This document shows, in pieces, positions 12,537 through 25,280 of a DNA stretch of 64,000 bases. Under the pieces are notes generated by a model that made no database searches, was not told where the DNA came from, and was given only the letters and a program-made list of their open reading frames with translations. A program made the translations under genes and the position numbers. The stretch spans positions 49,275,065-49,339,064 of the forward strand of contig NC_057728.1 in NCBI RefSeq assembly GCF_004010195.1, given 5' to 3'. How positions within the stretch are numbered: position 1 is the first letter of the stretch; each line of letters starts with the position of its first letter. Origin of the DNA: Chiloscyllium plagiosum (taxonomy: Eukaryota).

Positions 12537-14230
12537 TGATTTCACCGCATGTTGGAGTGGGTTGAAGGGATTAAATGACCAGCTCCTGTTGCCTGTTCTG
12601 ATCCCATCCATTGCTCATTCTTTTAGGAAACACTGAGGATGGCAAGGCTACAAAATATACTCTGGGTGGGGGATTTCAATGTGCATCACCAAGAGTGGCT
12701 CGGCGGCAGCATTACTGATAGAGCTGGTCGGCTCCTAAAGCACGTAGCTGCTCGACTGTGTCTGTGGCAGGTTGTGAGGGAAACAACAAGAGGGATAAAC
12801 ATACTTGACCCCATTCTGATCAATCAGATGACAGTGTTGGTAAGAATGACCACCACACAGTTCTTGGGGAGACGAACACCTGCCTTCGCATACCCTCCAG
12901 CTTATTGTGTGGTACTATCGCCGTACTAAATGGGACAGACTTCAAACAGATGGAGCAACTTTAGATTGAGCATTGATGATGCACTATGGGGCATCAACAG
13001 CAGCAGAACTGTACTCCAGCACAATCTGTAACATCATGGCACAGCATATCCCTCACTCAACAATTACCATCAAGCCACGGGATCAAATCCGGATCAATGG
13101 AGAGCGCAGGAGAGCATGCTAGGAGCAGCACCAGACATACCTGAGAATGAGGTTTGAACCTGGTGAAGTTACCAATCAGGACTAGTTGTTGCTTGTGCTA
13201 TTTGACATGCAAGTGACAGACTAAGTGAGCCCACAATCAACAGATCAGATCTAAGCTCGCAGTCCTGCCACATCCAGTCATGAATGGTGGTGGACAATTA
13301 AACAACTGTCTGGAGGAGGAAGCTCCACAAATATCTCCACCGCCAAGAATGGAAGGGCCCGACACATCAGTGAAAATGATAAGGCTGAAGCATCACAGCT
13401 ATCTTCAGCTAGAAATGATGAGTGGATGATCCATTTTGGCTTCCTCCAGTCATCCCCAGCATTACAGATACCAGTCCCCAGCTAATTCGATTCACTCCAC
13501 ATGATGTCAAAAAATGTTGGAGGCACTGGATACTGCAAAGGCTATGGGCCCTGACAACATGTTAGCAATAGAACTGAAGACTTCTGCTCCAGAACGTGCC
13601 ACTCCACTTCCACTACAGTTAACAACACTGGCACCTACCCGACATGTGGAAAATTGCCCCAGGTATGTACACAAGAAGCAGGACAATTCCAACCTGGCTA
13701 ATTACTACCCCGTCAGTCTACTCTCGATCGTCAGTAAAGCGGTGGAAGGCGACGTCAACAGTGCTATCGTGCACTACCTGCTCAGCAATAACCTGCTCAG
13801 TGACGCCCAGTTTGGGTTCCTCCAGGGCCATTCAGCTCCGCACCTCATTGCAGCCTTGGTTCAACATGGACAAAAGAGCTGGATTCCAGAGGGGAAATGA
13901 GAGTGACAGCCTTGACATCAAGGCCGCATTTGACCATATGTGGCATCAAAGAGCCCTAGCAAAACTGGAATCAATGGGTATCAGGGGCAAACTCTCTGCT
14001 GGTTGGAGTCAGAACTGGCATACAGGAAGATGGTTATGGTTGTTGGAGGTGAGTCATCTCAGCTCCAGGACATCTTCGTGGGAACTCCTCAGGGTAGTGT
14101 CCTAGACCCAACCATCTTCAGCTGATTTATCGATGACCTTCTCTCCACCATGAGGTCAGACAAGGGGATGTTCACCAATGAATGCTCTAAGTTCAGCATC
14201 ATTCATGCAGATACTGAAGCAGTCCATGTT

Positions 14231-14927
14231 CCCTCAATGTCAGAAAAACGAAGGAGCTGGTTATTGACTTTAGGAAGTGGAGTGGAGGACTGCCCCTGTC
14301 AGTAATAATGATGATGAGGTTGACGTAGTCAACAGCTTTAAGTTCCTAGGAGTAAATATCACCAACAATCTACCATCCACATCATCAGTCAAGAAAGCAC
14401 CCCAATGCCTTTACTTCGTAAAAAGGCTATGGACATTCGGCATTTTCACAATGACTCCTACAAATAGTTATTGTTGCACCATAGAAAGCATTCTATCAGG
14501 ATGCATCACAGCGTCATACGGCAACTGTTCTGCTCAAGACCACAAGAAATGACAGATTTGTGAACACAGCCCAGTCCAACAAGCAAACAGCCTTCCTTCT
14601 ACTGATTCCATCTAGACTTCTGACTGCCTTGGGAAAGCTATCAGCATAATCAAAGACTCCACCCTCTTCCATTGGGTAAAAGATGCAAAAGCTTGAAAAT
14701 TCATACCACAAGATTTAAAAACAGCTTCTTCCCTGCTGTTATCAGACTTAAGAACAGACTTCTCATATACTAGAGTTGATCATTCTCTGCAGCTGTAACA
14801 CTATATTCTGCACTGTGTTCGATTACCCTAATGTACCTATGCAAAGTATGATTGGTCTGGATAGCAGGCAAAACAATGCTTTTCACTATATCTTGGTACA
14901 TGACAGTAGTAAATCCAATCAAATCCA
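14231..14927 (+). mobile_element. Rex1/Babar-type LINE 3' fragment
   Basis: LNVRKTKELVIDFRK, FKFLGVNI, YCCTIESILSGCITASYGNC; tail ttttcactatatcttggtacatgac...aaatccaatcaaatc. Confidence 0.85.
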
Positions 14928-15036
14928 AAGCCACGGCCACTTCCATCTGGAAGGGCAATGGCAGGAGATACATGGGAACACCACCACCTGCAAGTACCCC
15001 TCCAAGCCAATCACCATCCTGACCTGGAAATATATG

Positions 15037-15392
15037 ATGTGGAGGTGCCAGCATTGGTCTGGGGTGGACAAGGTCAGAAGTCACACAACACCAGGTTTAT
15101 TTGAAATCAGTAGCTTGTGGAGCATAGCCCCTTCACTAGATGGAGTGAAGAGAAGCACACAGGCACAGAATTTATAGGCAGAAAGATCAAAAGATTGCAC
15201 AATTGGTGTGAGTGGAATGTTGACAGATTGAACAATAAGTTTCTGCAGGTGACCAAAAGTGTCAGACGGCATGAGTAAAGTGTCAACAGCTGAACAGCAA
15301 GTGAAGGGATGACCTATTATCCGATTAATTGAGCTTGTGATTTCAAATAAACCTTTTGGGCTATCACCTGGTGTCATGTGACTTCTGACCTT
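15037..15392. mobile_element. Penelope-like element with inverted pLTR ends
   Basis: caaggtcagaagtcacacaacaccagg (15069) is inverted at cctggtgtcatgtgacttctgaccttg (ending 15392). Confidence 0.7.
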
Positions 15393-15888
15393 GGCAGTAT
15401 ATTACTATTCCTTCACTATCACCTTGTCAATATCCTGGAATTCCCTCCTTCAGGGCATTGTGGGTCAAGCTGCAGGACATGGACTGCAGCAGTTCAAGAA
15501 GGCGGCTCAGCACCACCTTCTCAAGGGCAACTAGGGACAGGTGATAAATACTGGTCCAGCCAGCAATACCCACGTCCCACAAGTGTATATAAAAAAGTTT
15601 GTTTTATGCAATTATCCTTTCCCCACCATAGATTGTTGCTAATTCTAGTCCCAACCTAAAATTATGTCAGTTCACCACATCGTAACTCTGATCCCATCCT
15701 GACCTCACTTGCTAATTTTTGCTTCCATGAAATTTTGTCCATGACAGTTTGGTACAGGAAGCAGATTTGCACATTTAATTTATCACCTTTTAACAAAATT
15801 GTTCATCACTTGTGGGCGTCAGTGGCTGTAGTTGTCCATCCTTAACCTACCTTGAGGTGATGGTCATGAGCCACCTTCCTAAACCACG

Positions 15889-16093
15889 TTAAAAATCAGA
15901 CAACACCAGGTTATTGTCCAACAGGTTTAATTGGAAGCACACTAGCTTTCGGAGCGCTGCTCCTTCATCAGGTGGTTGATAAAGGAGTGTCGCTCCGAAA
16001 GCTAGTGCTTCCAATTAAACCTGCTGCACTATAACCTGGTGTGTGTGATTTTTAACTTTGTACACCCCAGTCCAACACCGGCATCTCCAAATC
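15889..16093. mobile_element. Penelope-like foldback (inverted pLTR pair) with hammerhead core
   Basis: About 80 bp arms gttaaaaatcagacaacaccaggttat...gctttcggagcg / cgctccgaaagc...ataacctggtgtgtgtgatttttaac. Confidence 0.8.
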
Positions 16094-16204
16094 ATTCCTA
16101 AACTACTGCAGCCCTATCGGGGAACCTTCTGTGCGGTTAGGAAGGGAGTTCTGAGATTCTGACCCAGTGACTGGGCCAATGTTTGGTAACTATTTCTAAA
16201 GTCT

Positions 16205-17556
16205 GAAAAAAGAGTAGTAAGGACAAGCCAGGGAACTATAGACCAGTGATGTTGGTGGTGAGCAAGTTGTTGGAGGGAATCCTGAGGGACAGGGTGAACA
16301 TGTATTTGTAAAGGCAAGGCCTGATTAGGGATAGTCAACATGGCTTTGTGCGTGGGAAATCATGTCTCACAAACTTGATTGAGTTTTTTGAAAAAGTAAC
16401 AAAGAGGATTGATGAGGGCAGAGTGGTAGATGTGCTCCATATGGACTTCAGTAAAGAGGTCGACAAGGTTTCCCATGGGAGACTGGTTAGCAAGGTGAGA
16501 TCTCATGGAATACAAGGAGAACTAGCCATTTGGATACAGAACTGGTTCAAAGGTAGAAGACAAGAGGGTGGTGGTGGAGGGTTGTTTTTCAGACAGGAGG
16601 CCTCTGACCAGTGGAGTGCCACAAGGATCGGTGCTGGGTCCATGATCTTTCATCATTTATATAAATGATTTGGATGCGAGCATAAGAGGTACAGTTAGTA
16701 AGTTTGCAGATGACACCAAAATTGGAGGTGTAGTGGACAGCAAAGAGGGTCTCTTCAGATTACAACAGGATCTTGACCAGATGGGCCGATGGGCTGAGAA
16801 GTGGCAGATGGAGTTTAATTCAGATAAATGCGAGGTGCTGCATTTTGGGAAAGCAAATTTTAGCAGGACTTATACACTTAATGGTAAGGTCCTAGGGAGT
16901 GTTGCTGAACAAAGAGACCTTGGACAGTGCAGGTTCATAGCTCCTTGAAAGTGGAGTCGCAGGTAGATTGGGTAGTGAGGAAGGCGTTTGGTATGCTTTC
17001 TTTTATTGGTCACAGTATTGAGTACAGGAGTTGGGAGGTCATGTTTGGCTGTACATGACATTGGTTAGGCCACTTTTGGAATATTGTGTGCAATTCTGGT
17101 CTCCTTCCTATTGGAAAGATGTTGTGAAAGAAATGGTTCAGAAAAGATTTACAAGGATATTGCCAGGGTTGGAGGATTTGAGCTATAGGGAGAGGTTGAA
17201 TAGGCCAGGGCTGTTTTCCCTGGAGCATGGATAGGATAAATAGACAAAGTCTTTTCCCTGGGTTGGGGGAGTCCAGAACTAGAGGGTGAGAGAGGAAAGA
17301 TACAAAAGAGACCTAAGGGGCAACTTTTTCATGCAGAGAATGGTACGTTTATGGAATGAGCTGCCAGAGGAAGTGGTGGAGGCTGGTACAATTGCAACAT
17401 TTAAAAGGCATTTGGATGGGTATATGAATAGGAAGGATTTGGAGGGATATGGGCCGGGTGCTGGCAGGTGAGACTAGATTGGGTTGGATATCTAGTCGGC
17501 ATGGATGAATTGAACCAAAGGGTCTGTTTCTTTGCTGTACGTCTCTATGAGTCTAT
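16205..17556 (+). mobile_element. CR1 (HER1-type) LINE, 5'-truncated, frameshifted RT
   Basis: GKSCLTNLIEFF, MDFSK, SKFADDTKIGG, LVRPLLEYCVQFWSP; tctatgagtctatg tail. Confidence 0.95.
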
Positions 17557-18151
17557 GTGCAAAGCCAGCAACAACAAGAGGTGACATTGTAACATCATTC
17601 AAATGAATATTATTCTTCACCCAAAGCTTGGTCAAAATTTTCAAGGTTGTGATTGATGGGGATTGATAACAAAAAGCATATGGATCAAAGAGGGAAGTTG
17701 GTAAAAGAAATTGAGGTACATTGAGAACTATAATCTCAATGAATAACACACCAGGCTGAAGGTGCTGAATGGCCTCCCCCTGTTTGTGTACACAGACGAT
17801 CAAATTATTTTTATCTCCTTGCTAAGATTGTCTACTCATTGTGTCCAAGACTTTATCCATCGCCATGAATCTCACTCAGTTTCAATTTCACAAATAAAAA
17901 ACCCTTCCACGCAACTGACCTATCTCAGTCTCAATTGTTCCAAAGATATTGTTGTTGGTTTCTTATGTCACATTCGTATATGAACAGGATAAGACTATTC
18001 AGCCCCTCAAACAAGTTCTGCCATTCAATTAAATCAAGGATTATCTAAGACTTAACAACATATATTTGCTCAAGTTCCATAATCCTTAATACCGCAACTT
18101 GATCTCAAATCCCTGTTCTCTATAAAAACTGAAAGAACTGTGGATGCTGTA

Positions 18152-18325
18152 CAGAACAACCTCGATTATCTGAACATCAATTATCCGTATTTTGGATTAT
18201 CCAAACAAGATCTCAAGGCCCCGTAAAAACGTTATCCATTATCTGAACAATCCATTATCCAAACTCTCAGTGATCTGAACAAAATACTCCACGCTCGTCT
18301 TGTTCGGGTAATCGATGTCGTTATG
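18152..18325. mobile_element. Tc1/mariner-superfamily (Tigger/pogo-like) MITE
   Basis: TA duplicated at 18150-51 and 18326-27; imperfect 24-bp TIRs cagaacaacctcgattatctgaac / gttcgggtaatcgatgtcgttatg. Inserted in a Penelope-type foldback (~18124-18510). Confidence 0.85.
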
Positions 18326-20132
18326 TAAATCAGAAACAAAAACAGAAATTGCTGGAAATGATCAGCTGGTCTGGCAGCATCTGTGAAGAGAAATTAGTGT
18401 TTACATTTCAGAACTGGTGACCCTTCCTCAGAACTGGGAACTCAGAACTCTGATTTCTCTTCACAGATGCTGTTAGACCTGCTGAGCATTTCCAGCAATT
18501 TCTGTTTCTGACCTTGCTCTCCACCACGATTATGCCTGTAGCCCCCTCAAGTTCACTAGTTGGAATTCTCTTCTGATATTCCCACCATTTTCCATTCATG
18601 GGATGTGGGCATTGCTGGCAAGACCAGCCTTTCCGAAATAGCTCTTGAGCTAAGTGACTCACTAAACCATTTCAGGGGGTAGTTAAGAGTCAACCACATT
18701 GCTGTGGATCTGGAATCACATATAGGCCAGACCAGATAAGGATGGCAGATTTCTTTCTCTAAAGGGCATTAGTAAATGATAATTGATGAAAACCTCATCA
18801 CACAATCACAGAGATAAGCTTTCAATTTAATTTAGTTTAAATTCCACCAGCTTCCATGGTGGTATTTGCATCCATGACCCCAGAGCATTAGACTGGGCCC
18901 CTTGATTATTAATCCAATAACATTACCACCAATATTCCCTCTAAGCCACAGGGCTGCACATGTGCAGAGATACTCTGAGGGTCTGTGCCTGGTGATTGGC
19001 ATGCCAACATCATAGACAACCCTGGCTTTCGATGCTACAGGTTGCTACCACACATGGACCTCAGAGGTCTGCCTAAAAAACAGATTGATTTCTGCCCCAC
19101 CACCATTGCTCCCAACCTAATACATCTCAATCCCACCTTCAAATACCCCCTCAAAACATTGCCTCTTGTGTCACAATTCTGTGCATTTGCCCCTCCTAAC
19201 ATTACTCCTTTTACAGATGGAGCCTTAACTGTGAAGTAGTTGGGATGTTTTGACATCTCTGTGCCTATTATTGCCAATTACAGTGTGAACAATAACATTA
19301 GTAGAACTTGGTACACCCCAAGATATGGTGGAGAGTGATGATAGGACTGGGTTAGTAGAAGAGGCACTAAGGTAGTGTCCTGGGGGAATGGGTTTATATC
19401 TTACCATGAATTACATTAATAAAATCTGGGATTGAAAGTTGATCTCTGTAACTTTAACCATAAAAGTACAATTTTTGTAAAAACTCACCTTGTTCACTTA
19501 TGTCCTTGAGGGAAGGAAATCTGCCAGTACCATCACGTCTGGCCTACATGTGACTTTGGAGAAACTGAGGACTGCACATGCTGGAGATCAGAGTTGAGAG
19601 TGTGGCGTTGGAAAGGCACAGCAGGTCAGGCAGCATCCGAGGAGCAGGAGAATTGATGTTTCAGGCTTTTCCAGCATCACACTCTTGACTACATGTGACT
19701 TTGAGAGCCACAACGATGTGGCTGAGTCTTCACTGTTCTCTGAAATGGTCTAGTAAGCCCCTCAGTTCTGGGGCAAACAGAGGTGGGAACCAATGCTGGC
19801 GTTGCCAGCAACAACTGAATTCCCATGAAAGAATAAATCAGAAAGGCTATTTCAGGGCTGTGTTAAAACATTTACCAATTAATGGTAAGATTGGTGGGGA
19901 GTTGAGGATTACCTTTTTTGACTCAGAGGGTGGTGGAGCCTATCCAGAAGGCCAGAAACCCTCAGCACACTTAGGAATCATTTGCTATGTACTTGCAGTG
20001 CTTTAACCCTGATGGAGATGAACAAAGAGTGAAAATGCATGGTTAAACTGGATAGCTCTTTCCCAGCCAGCATGGACATGATGGCTTGAATAGTCTCCTT
20101 TTGTGCAGTAACTTTTTATGATGTGAAATTAC

Positions 20133-20251
20133 CTGCTCTACAGATTGTGCCGAGATTCGTTGTTTCATGACGAATTGTTTGCTGGGAATTTATTCCAAGT
20201 TCACGTAAAAGCTGTTCAGTTGGGATTTCCAATTTTCGTTCCTTACTAATC
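20133..20251 (-). CDS. EFCAB6-like: EFCAB6-like coding exon F (119 bp, phase 2 to 1)
   Basis: Acceptor ttttgttttctgttgtgcAG, donor CAG|GTAATT; encodes (R)ISKERKLEIPTEQLLRELGINSQQTIRHETTNLGTICRA(D). CpG-enriched relative to flanks. Confidence 0.88.
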
Positions 20252-21024
20252 CTGCACAACAGAAAACAAAAGCATAGTTACAAAGTGGAATAAATAATCT
20301 TTTCACAACAAAAAATATTTGAATGTTTGATCTGTTTCTTTTAACAGTCTTTTTTGTCAGATGACGCACCAATAGTATCAAGAGGACATTTAATCCAAAT
20401 TCACCATCTTAGGACATTCACAGAAAACAGCCAGTGAAATGATTCGGAAACGCCTTTACTTTTGTAATGTACAATACATTGCTGCAGTGAGTTTGCTCAG
20501 CAAGCAGTCACAGTATGATCTTTTTTATATCTTTACCAAGGAAATCACTGATGTGACCAGTATTTGTTGCCCATTTCCAATTGCCTTTTGAACAAATGGC
20601 TTGCCAGGGCCATTTCAGAGGGTAGTTCAGAGTCAACCACATCGCTGAGGATCTGGAGTCACATGTAGGCCAGATTGAGTCAGGATGGCAGTTCCCTTCC
20701 AGTTAGGTTTATATGACAATGGGTGAATAAATATTTATTCACAGGACGTGAGTGTCACTGGCAAGGCCAGCATGTATTGCTGATCCGTAATTGCCCAGAG
20801 GGCAGTTAAGAGACAACCACACTGTTTTCTTCTCTAAAGAATATTAGTGAATCACATGGCTTTTCCCAACAATTGACAATGGATTCATGGTCATCATTAG
20901 ACTCTTAATTCCGGATAATTTGTTGATAACAAATTCCACCATCTGCTATAGTGGGATTTGAATCCTGGTCCCTAGAAGTTAACCTGGATCTCTGGAGTAA
21001 CAGTCCAATGACAATATCCCATTA

Positions 21025-22850
21025 AGTGGTGGAGGAGAGAATTGGGTTTGTGCTCCCAGTGGTGGTGGTTTTGGAGGGAGAGGACAATGTGAGCCCAGTC
21101 TTGGAGGAGGGCAGTGAGAGTATGTTCCTCGTGGTGGTAATGGAGGGAGACGACAATGTGCTCCCGGTCTTGGAGGAGGGCGGTGAGTTCCTGGTGGTGG
21201 GGGAGGGGGGTGAGAGTGTGTTCTTGATGTTGGGGAAGGGTGGGTGAGAGTGTGTTCTTGATGGTGGGGGAGGGAGTGTGTTCCTGGTGGTGGAGGAGGG
21301 GGATGAGAGTGTGTTCCTGGTGGTGGAGGAGGGGGATGAGAGTGTGTTCCTGGTGGTGGAGGAGGGGGATGAGAGTGTGTTCCTGGTGGTGGAGGAGGGG
21401 GATGAGAGTGTGTTCCTGGTGGTGGAGGAGGGGGATGAGAGTGTGTTCCTGGTGGTGGAGGAGGGGGATGAGAGTGTGTTCCTGGTGGTGGAGGAGGGGG
21501 ATGAGAGTGTGTTCCTGGTGGTGGAGGAGGGGGATGAGAGTGTGTTCCTGGTGGTGGAGGAGGGGGATGAGAGTGTGTTCCTGGTGGTGGAGGAGGGGGA
21601 TGAGAGTGTGTTCCTGGTGGTGGAGGAGGGGGATGAGAGTGTGTTCCTGGTGGTGGAGGAGGGGGATGAGAGTGTGTTCCTGGTGGTGGAGGAGGGGGAT
21701 GAGAGTGTGTTCCTGGTGGTGGAGGAGGGGGATGAGAGTGTGTTCCTGGTGGTGGAGGAGGGGGATGAGAGTGTGTTCCTGGTGGTGGAGGAGGGGGATG
21801 AGAGTGTGTTCCTGGTGGTGGAGGAGGGGGATGAGAGTGTGTTCCTGGTGGTGGAGGAGGGGGATGAGAGTGTGTTCCTGGTGGTGGAGGAGGGGGATGA
21901 GAGTGTGTTCCTGGTGGTGGAGGAGGGGGATGAGAGTGTGTTCCTGGTGGTGGAGGAGGGGGATGAGAGTGTGTTCCTGGTGGTGGAGGAGGGGGATGAG
22001 AGTGTGTTCCTGGTGGTGGAGGAGGGGGATGAGAGTGTGTTCCTGGTGGTGGAGGAGGGGGATGAGAGTGTGTTCCTGGTGGTGGAGGAGGGGGATGAGA
22101 GTGTGTTCCTGGTGGTGGAGGAGGGGGATGAGAGTGTGTTCCTGGTGGTGGAGGAGGGGGATGAGAGTGTGTTCCTGGTGGTGGAGGAGGGGGATGAGAG
22201 TGTGTTCCTGGTGGTGGAGGAGGGGGATGAGAGTGTGTTCCTGGTGGTGGAGGAGGGGGATGAGAGTGTGTTCCTGGTGGTGGAGGAGGGGGATGAGAGT
22301 GTGTTCCTGGTGGTGGAGGAGGGGGATGAGAGTGTGTTCCTGGTGGTGGAGGAGGGGGATGAGAGTGTGTTCCTGGTGGTGGAGGAGGGGGATGAGAGTG
22401 TGTTCCTGGTGGTGGAGGAGGGGGATGAGAGTGTGTTCCTGGTGGTGGAGGAGGGGGATGAGAGTGTGTTCCTGGTGGTGGAGGAGGGGGATGAGAGTGT
22501 GTTCCTGGTGGTGGAGGAGGGGGATGAGAGTGTGTTCCTGGTGGTGGAGGAGGGGGATGAGAGTGTGTTCCTGGTGGTGGAGGAGGGGGATGAGAGTGTG
22601 TTCCTGGTGGTGGAGGAGGGGGATGAGAGTGTGTTCCTGGTGGTGGAGGAGGGGGATGAGAGTGTGTTCCTGGTGGTGGAGGAGGGGGATGAGAGTGTGT
22701 TCCTGGTGGTGGAGGAGGGGGATGAGAGTGTGTTCCTGGTGGTGGAGGAGGGGGATGAGAGTGTGTTCCTGGTGGTGGAGGAGGGGGGGTGAGAGTGTGT
22801 TCCTGATGGTGGAGGAGGGGGGTGAGAGTGTGTTCCTGGTGGTGGAGGAT
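21025..22850 (+). repeat. G-rich 33-bp minisatellite (GAGTGTGTTCCTGGTGGTGGAGGAGGGGGATGA)n
   Basis: About 46 identical units from 21274 to 22787, with degenerate units on both flanks. Confidence 0.98.
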
Positions 22851-23230
22851 CGAGGAGAGCTTGAGCCCAGTGCCCAGTGTGGGACCTGGCAGCTTTAGTA
22901 GCGGCTGCATTGCGGAGATCAGTCTAGCCCAGACCTATGCCAGCAGCAGCGGTAGTGCCGAGATTGCAGCCGACAGTGTGGTGAAGAGTCTCAAGGCTGG
23001 CCAAGCACATCGTGCTGGTGTTGGTCTCTGTATTGGGTTGGATGGACCTGAATCCAGCTCTATGGCTAAGCACGGGAAAAGGTCTGTAATGTTGAACTTT
23101 CCAGTTTCCTTCTCTTTTTCTCTACTTTATACCTACGATTTTTTTTTATTTGGGCACCTTTGAATCTAAGCTGCCACTGGGAATAGTGACTTTGTACACT
23201 TTCCACTTTATTCTCATACTTGAGTACACG
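22850..23230 (+). mobile_element. Non-coding GC-rich retroposon with Rex1-like 3' tail
   Basis: Tail actttgtacactttccactttattctcatacttgagtacacggcatagtaaaatctaatt resembles minus-strand tails at 30330-30440 and 6630-6950. Confidence 0.55.
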
Positions 23231-24459
23231 GCATAGTAAAATCTAATTTGTTAAATTTACAATGCAAGACTTTAATAGAACAGAGCAGGCCAAAGAAACA
23301 ATATCAAGCAGGCAGAAAGAAGAAAATTTTTACAAGCGATGAAAGCAAAACCAGATAATAAATGAATGTTTCACAGTGAACACAATAGCAAATCAATACC
23401 CTCTTCAAAATATATTGGCTTCACCAATAGCATAAAACCTTGTGCTGTAATTATCAAAATCTGTACTGTCAGCTTGCTTTCGCTCAAATACATATCCATA
23501 ATTCAGGAGTGACTACACCAGCTGGTTTCTTATTGACTGTCACTGCAACCACACAGAAAATGTAAACTGCCACCACAAACAAGCATTTAACAGCTGAGAT
23601 GTTATTTTAAATTCACAATATATGATTGCCGTTGTTCTTTTTGTTTACCACATACCTGGCTTCAAGTTTTCCTGCAGACAATTGGTCACATAATTCAGAA
23701 GAGCACTCAAGATGCAGATGAAATGCTGAACTGAAGTCTCATATTCCTTCTTTTTTGAATGTTAAAGATCCCAGGGACATGATTTGAAGAACAGGAGAAT
23801 GCTGCACATCATGTATCCCTGAGGTCTTTCTCTGTCTTTGTGATTTCCTTTTCCAACAACCTCACACTGTTTCACAGCATTCCTGACCCCCACACTCTTT
23901 CCCTACCAAGGTGATGGTGACATGGTGGTCTCTGTTACTAGACTAATAATCCAGAACTAGGAATTCTGATTCACAATTGCACCACAGCACGTGGTAGAAT
24001 TTACACTCAATCGATATAATTGGAATTAAAGGGTTCTTGTGGTGTGGTGGTATTGTCCCTACCTCTGAGCCAGGAGAATTCAAGTCTCACCTGTTCCATA
24101 AGTGTGTAATAACACCTCTAACCAGTTTGATTAAAAAATACCATATCAGTGAACTGCAACATCACCTAAATGCATATGTGGAATTGAAATCTCGTCAGTG
24201 TTGATGGGCATACAATTATCATTGATTGTTGTAAAAAGCCCTTTTGGGAAGGAAATTTACTGTCCTTACCTGGTCTGGCTGATGTGTGACTCCAGACCAA
24301 CAGCAATGTGGTTGACCCTGACCTGCCCTCTGAAGTGGCTGTGCAAGCCACTTAGCTCAGTTACTGGCATTGCCATAGACACTCACATCCCATGAAAGAA
24401 TAATGATACTCCCCACAGAACCTTATATCAGTCATTCCCTCACCATGTGTAAGTACTGT

Positions 24460-25280
24460 ATTCCCTCATTCACAACAGAATCTCCCCACAGACACTCTCC
24501 CTCATTCACCACAGAACCTCTCCACAGACACTCTCCCTCATTCACCACAGAATCTCTCCACAGACACTCTCCCTCATTCACCACAGAATCTCTCCACAGA
24601 CACTCTCCCTCATTCCCAACAGTCTCCCTCCACAGACACTCTCCCTCATTCACCACAGAACCTCTCCACAGACACTCTCCCTCATTCACCACAGAATCTC
24701 TCCACAGACACTCTCCCTCATTCACCACAGAATCTCTCCACAGACACTCTCCCTCATTCACCACAGAATCTCTCCACAGACACTCTCCCTCATTCACCAC
24801 AGAATCTCTCGTCTCCCCACAGACACTGTGCCTCATTCCCCAGTCTCCCCACAGACACTCTCCCTCATTCCCCACATAGTCTCCCCACAGACACTCTCCC
24901 TCATTCACCACAGTCTCCCCACAGACGCTCTCCCTCATTCCCCAGAGTCTCCCCACAGACACTGTGCCTCATTCCCCAGTCTCCCCACAGACACTCTCCC
25001 TCATTCCCCACAGAGTCTCCCCACAGACACTCTCCCTCATTCCCCACAGAATCTCCCCACAGACACTCTCCCTCATTCACCACAGAGTCTCCCCACAGAC
25101 ACTCTGCCTCATTCCCCAGTCTCCCCACAGACACTCTCCCTCATTCCCCACAGATTCTCCCCTATTGCGCCCTCCCTCATTCACTATAGAATCTCTCCAT
25201 GGGTGCTCTTCCTCATTCACCACAGAGTTTCTCCACAGGTACTCTCTCTCATTTGCCACAGATTCTCCCCAGACACACAC
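24460..25280 (+). repeat. C-rich ~36-bp minisatellite (CACAGACACTCTCCCTCATTCACCACAGAATCTCTC)n
   Basis: Roughly 20 units with length and sequence variants, degenerating towards the 3' side. Confidence 0.95.

Larger units (their letters stand above)
12627..15597 (+). mobile_element. Decayed CR1/L2-group LINE (APE endonuclease + RT) with nested insertions
   Basis: Endonuclease motif ILWVGDFNVHH; RT motifs KAMGPDN, NYYPVSLLS, QFGF, LDIKAAFD, GTPQGSVLDPTIF with many frameshifts. 3' end at 14928-15036 and 15393-15597. Other 3' fragments at about 1470-1700, 51000-51435 and 56995-57150. Confidence 0.88.

Noticed and set aside
21274..22787. CRISPR array
   Set aside because: Identical units with no unique spacers; eukaryotic context.
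20979..22910. 643-aa Pro/His-rich ORF and the 552/504-aa antisense ORFs as protein genes
   Set aside because: They are by-products of a 33-bp minisatellite with no synonymous variation, and the surrounding gene splices in frame without them.
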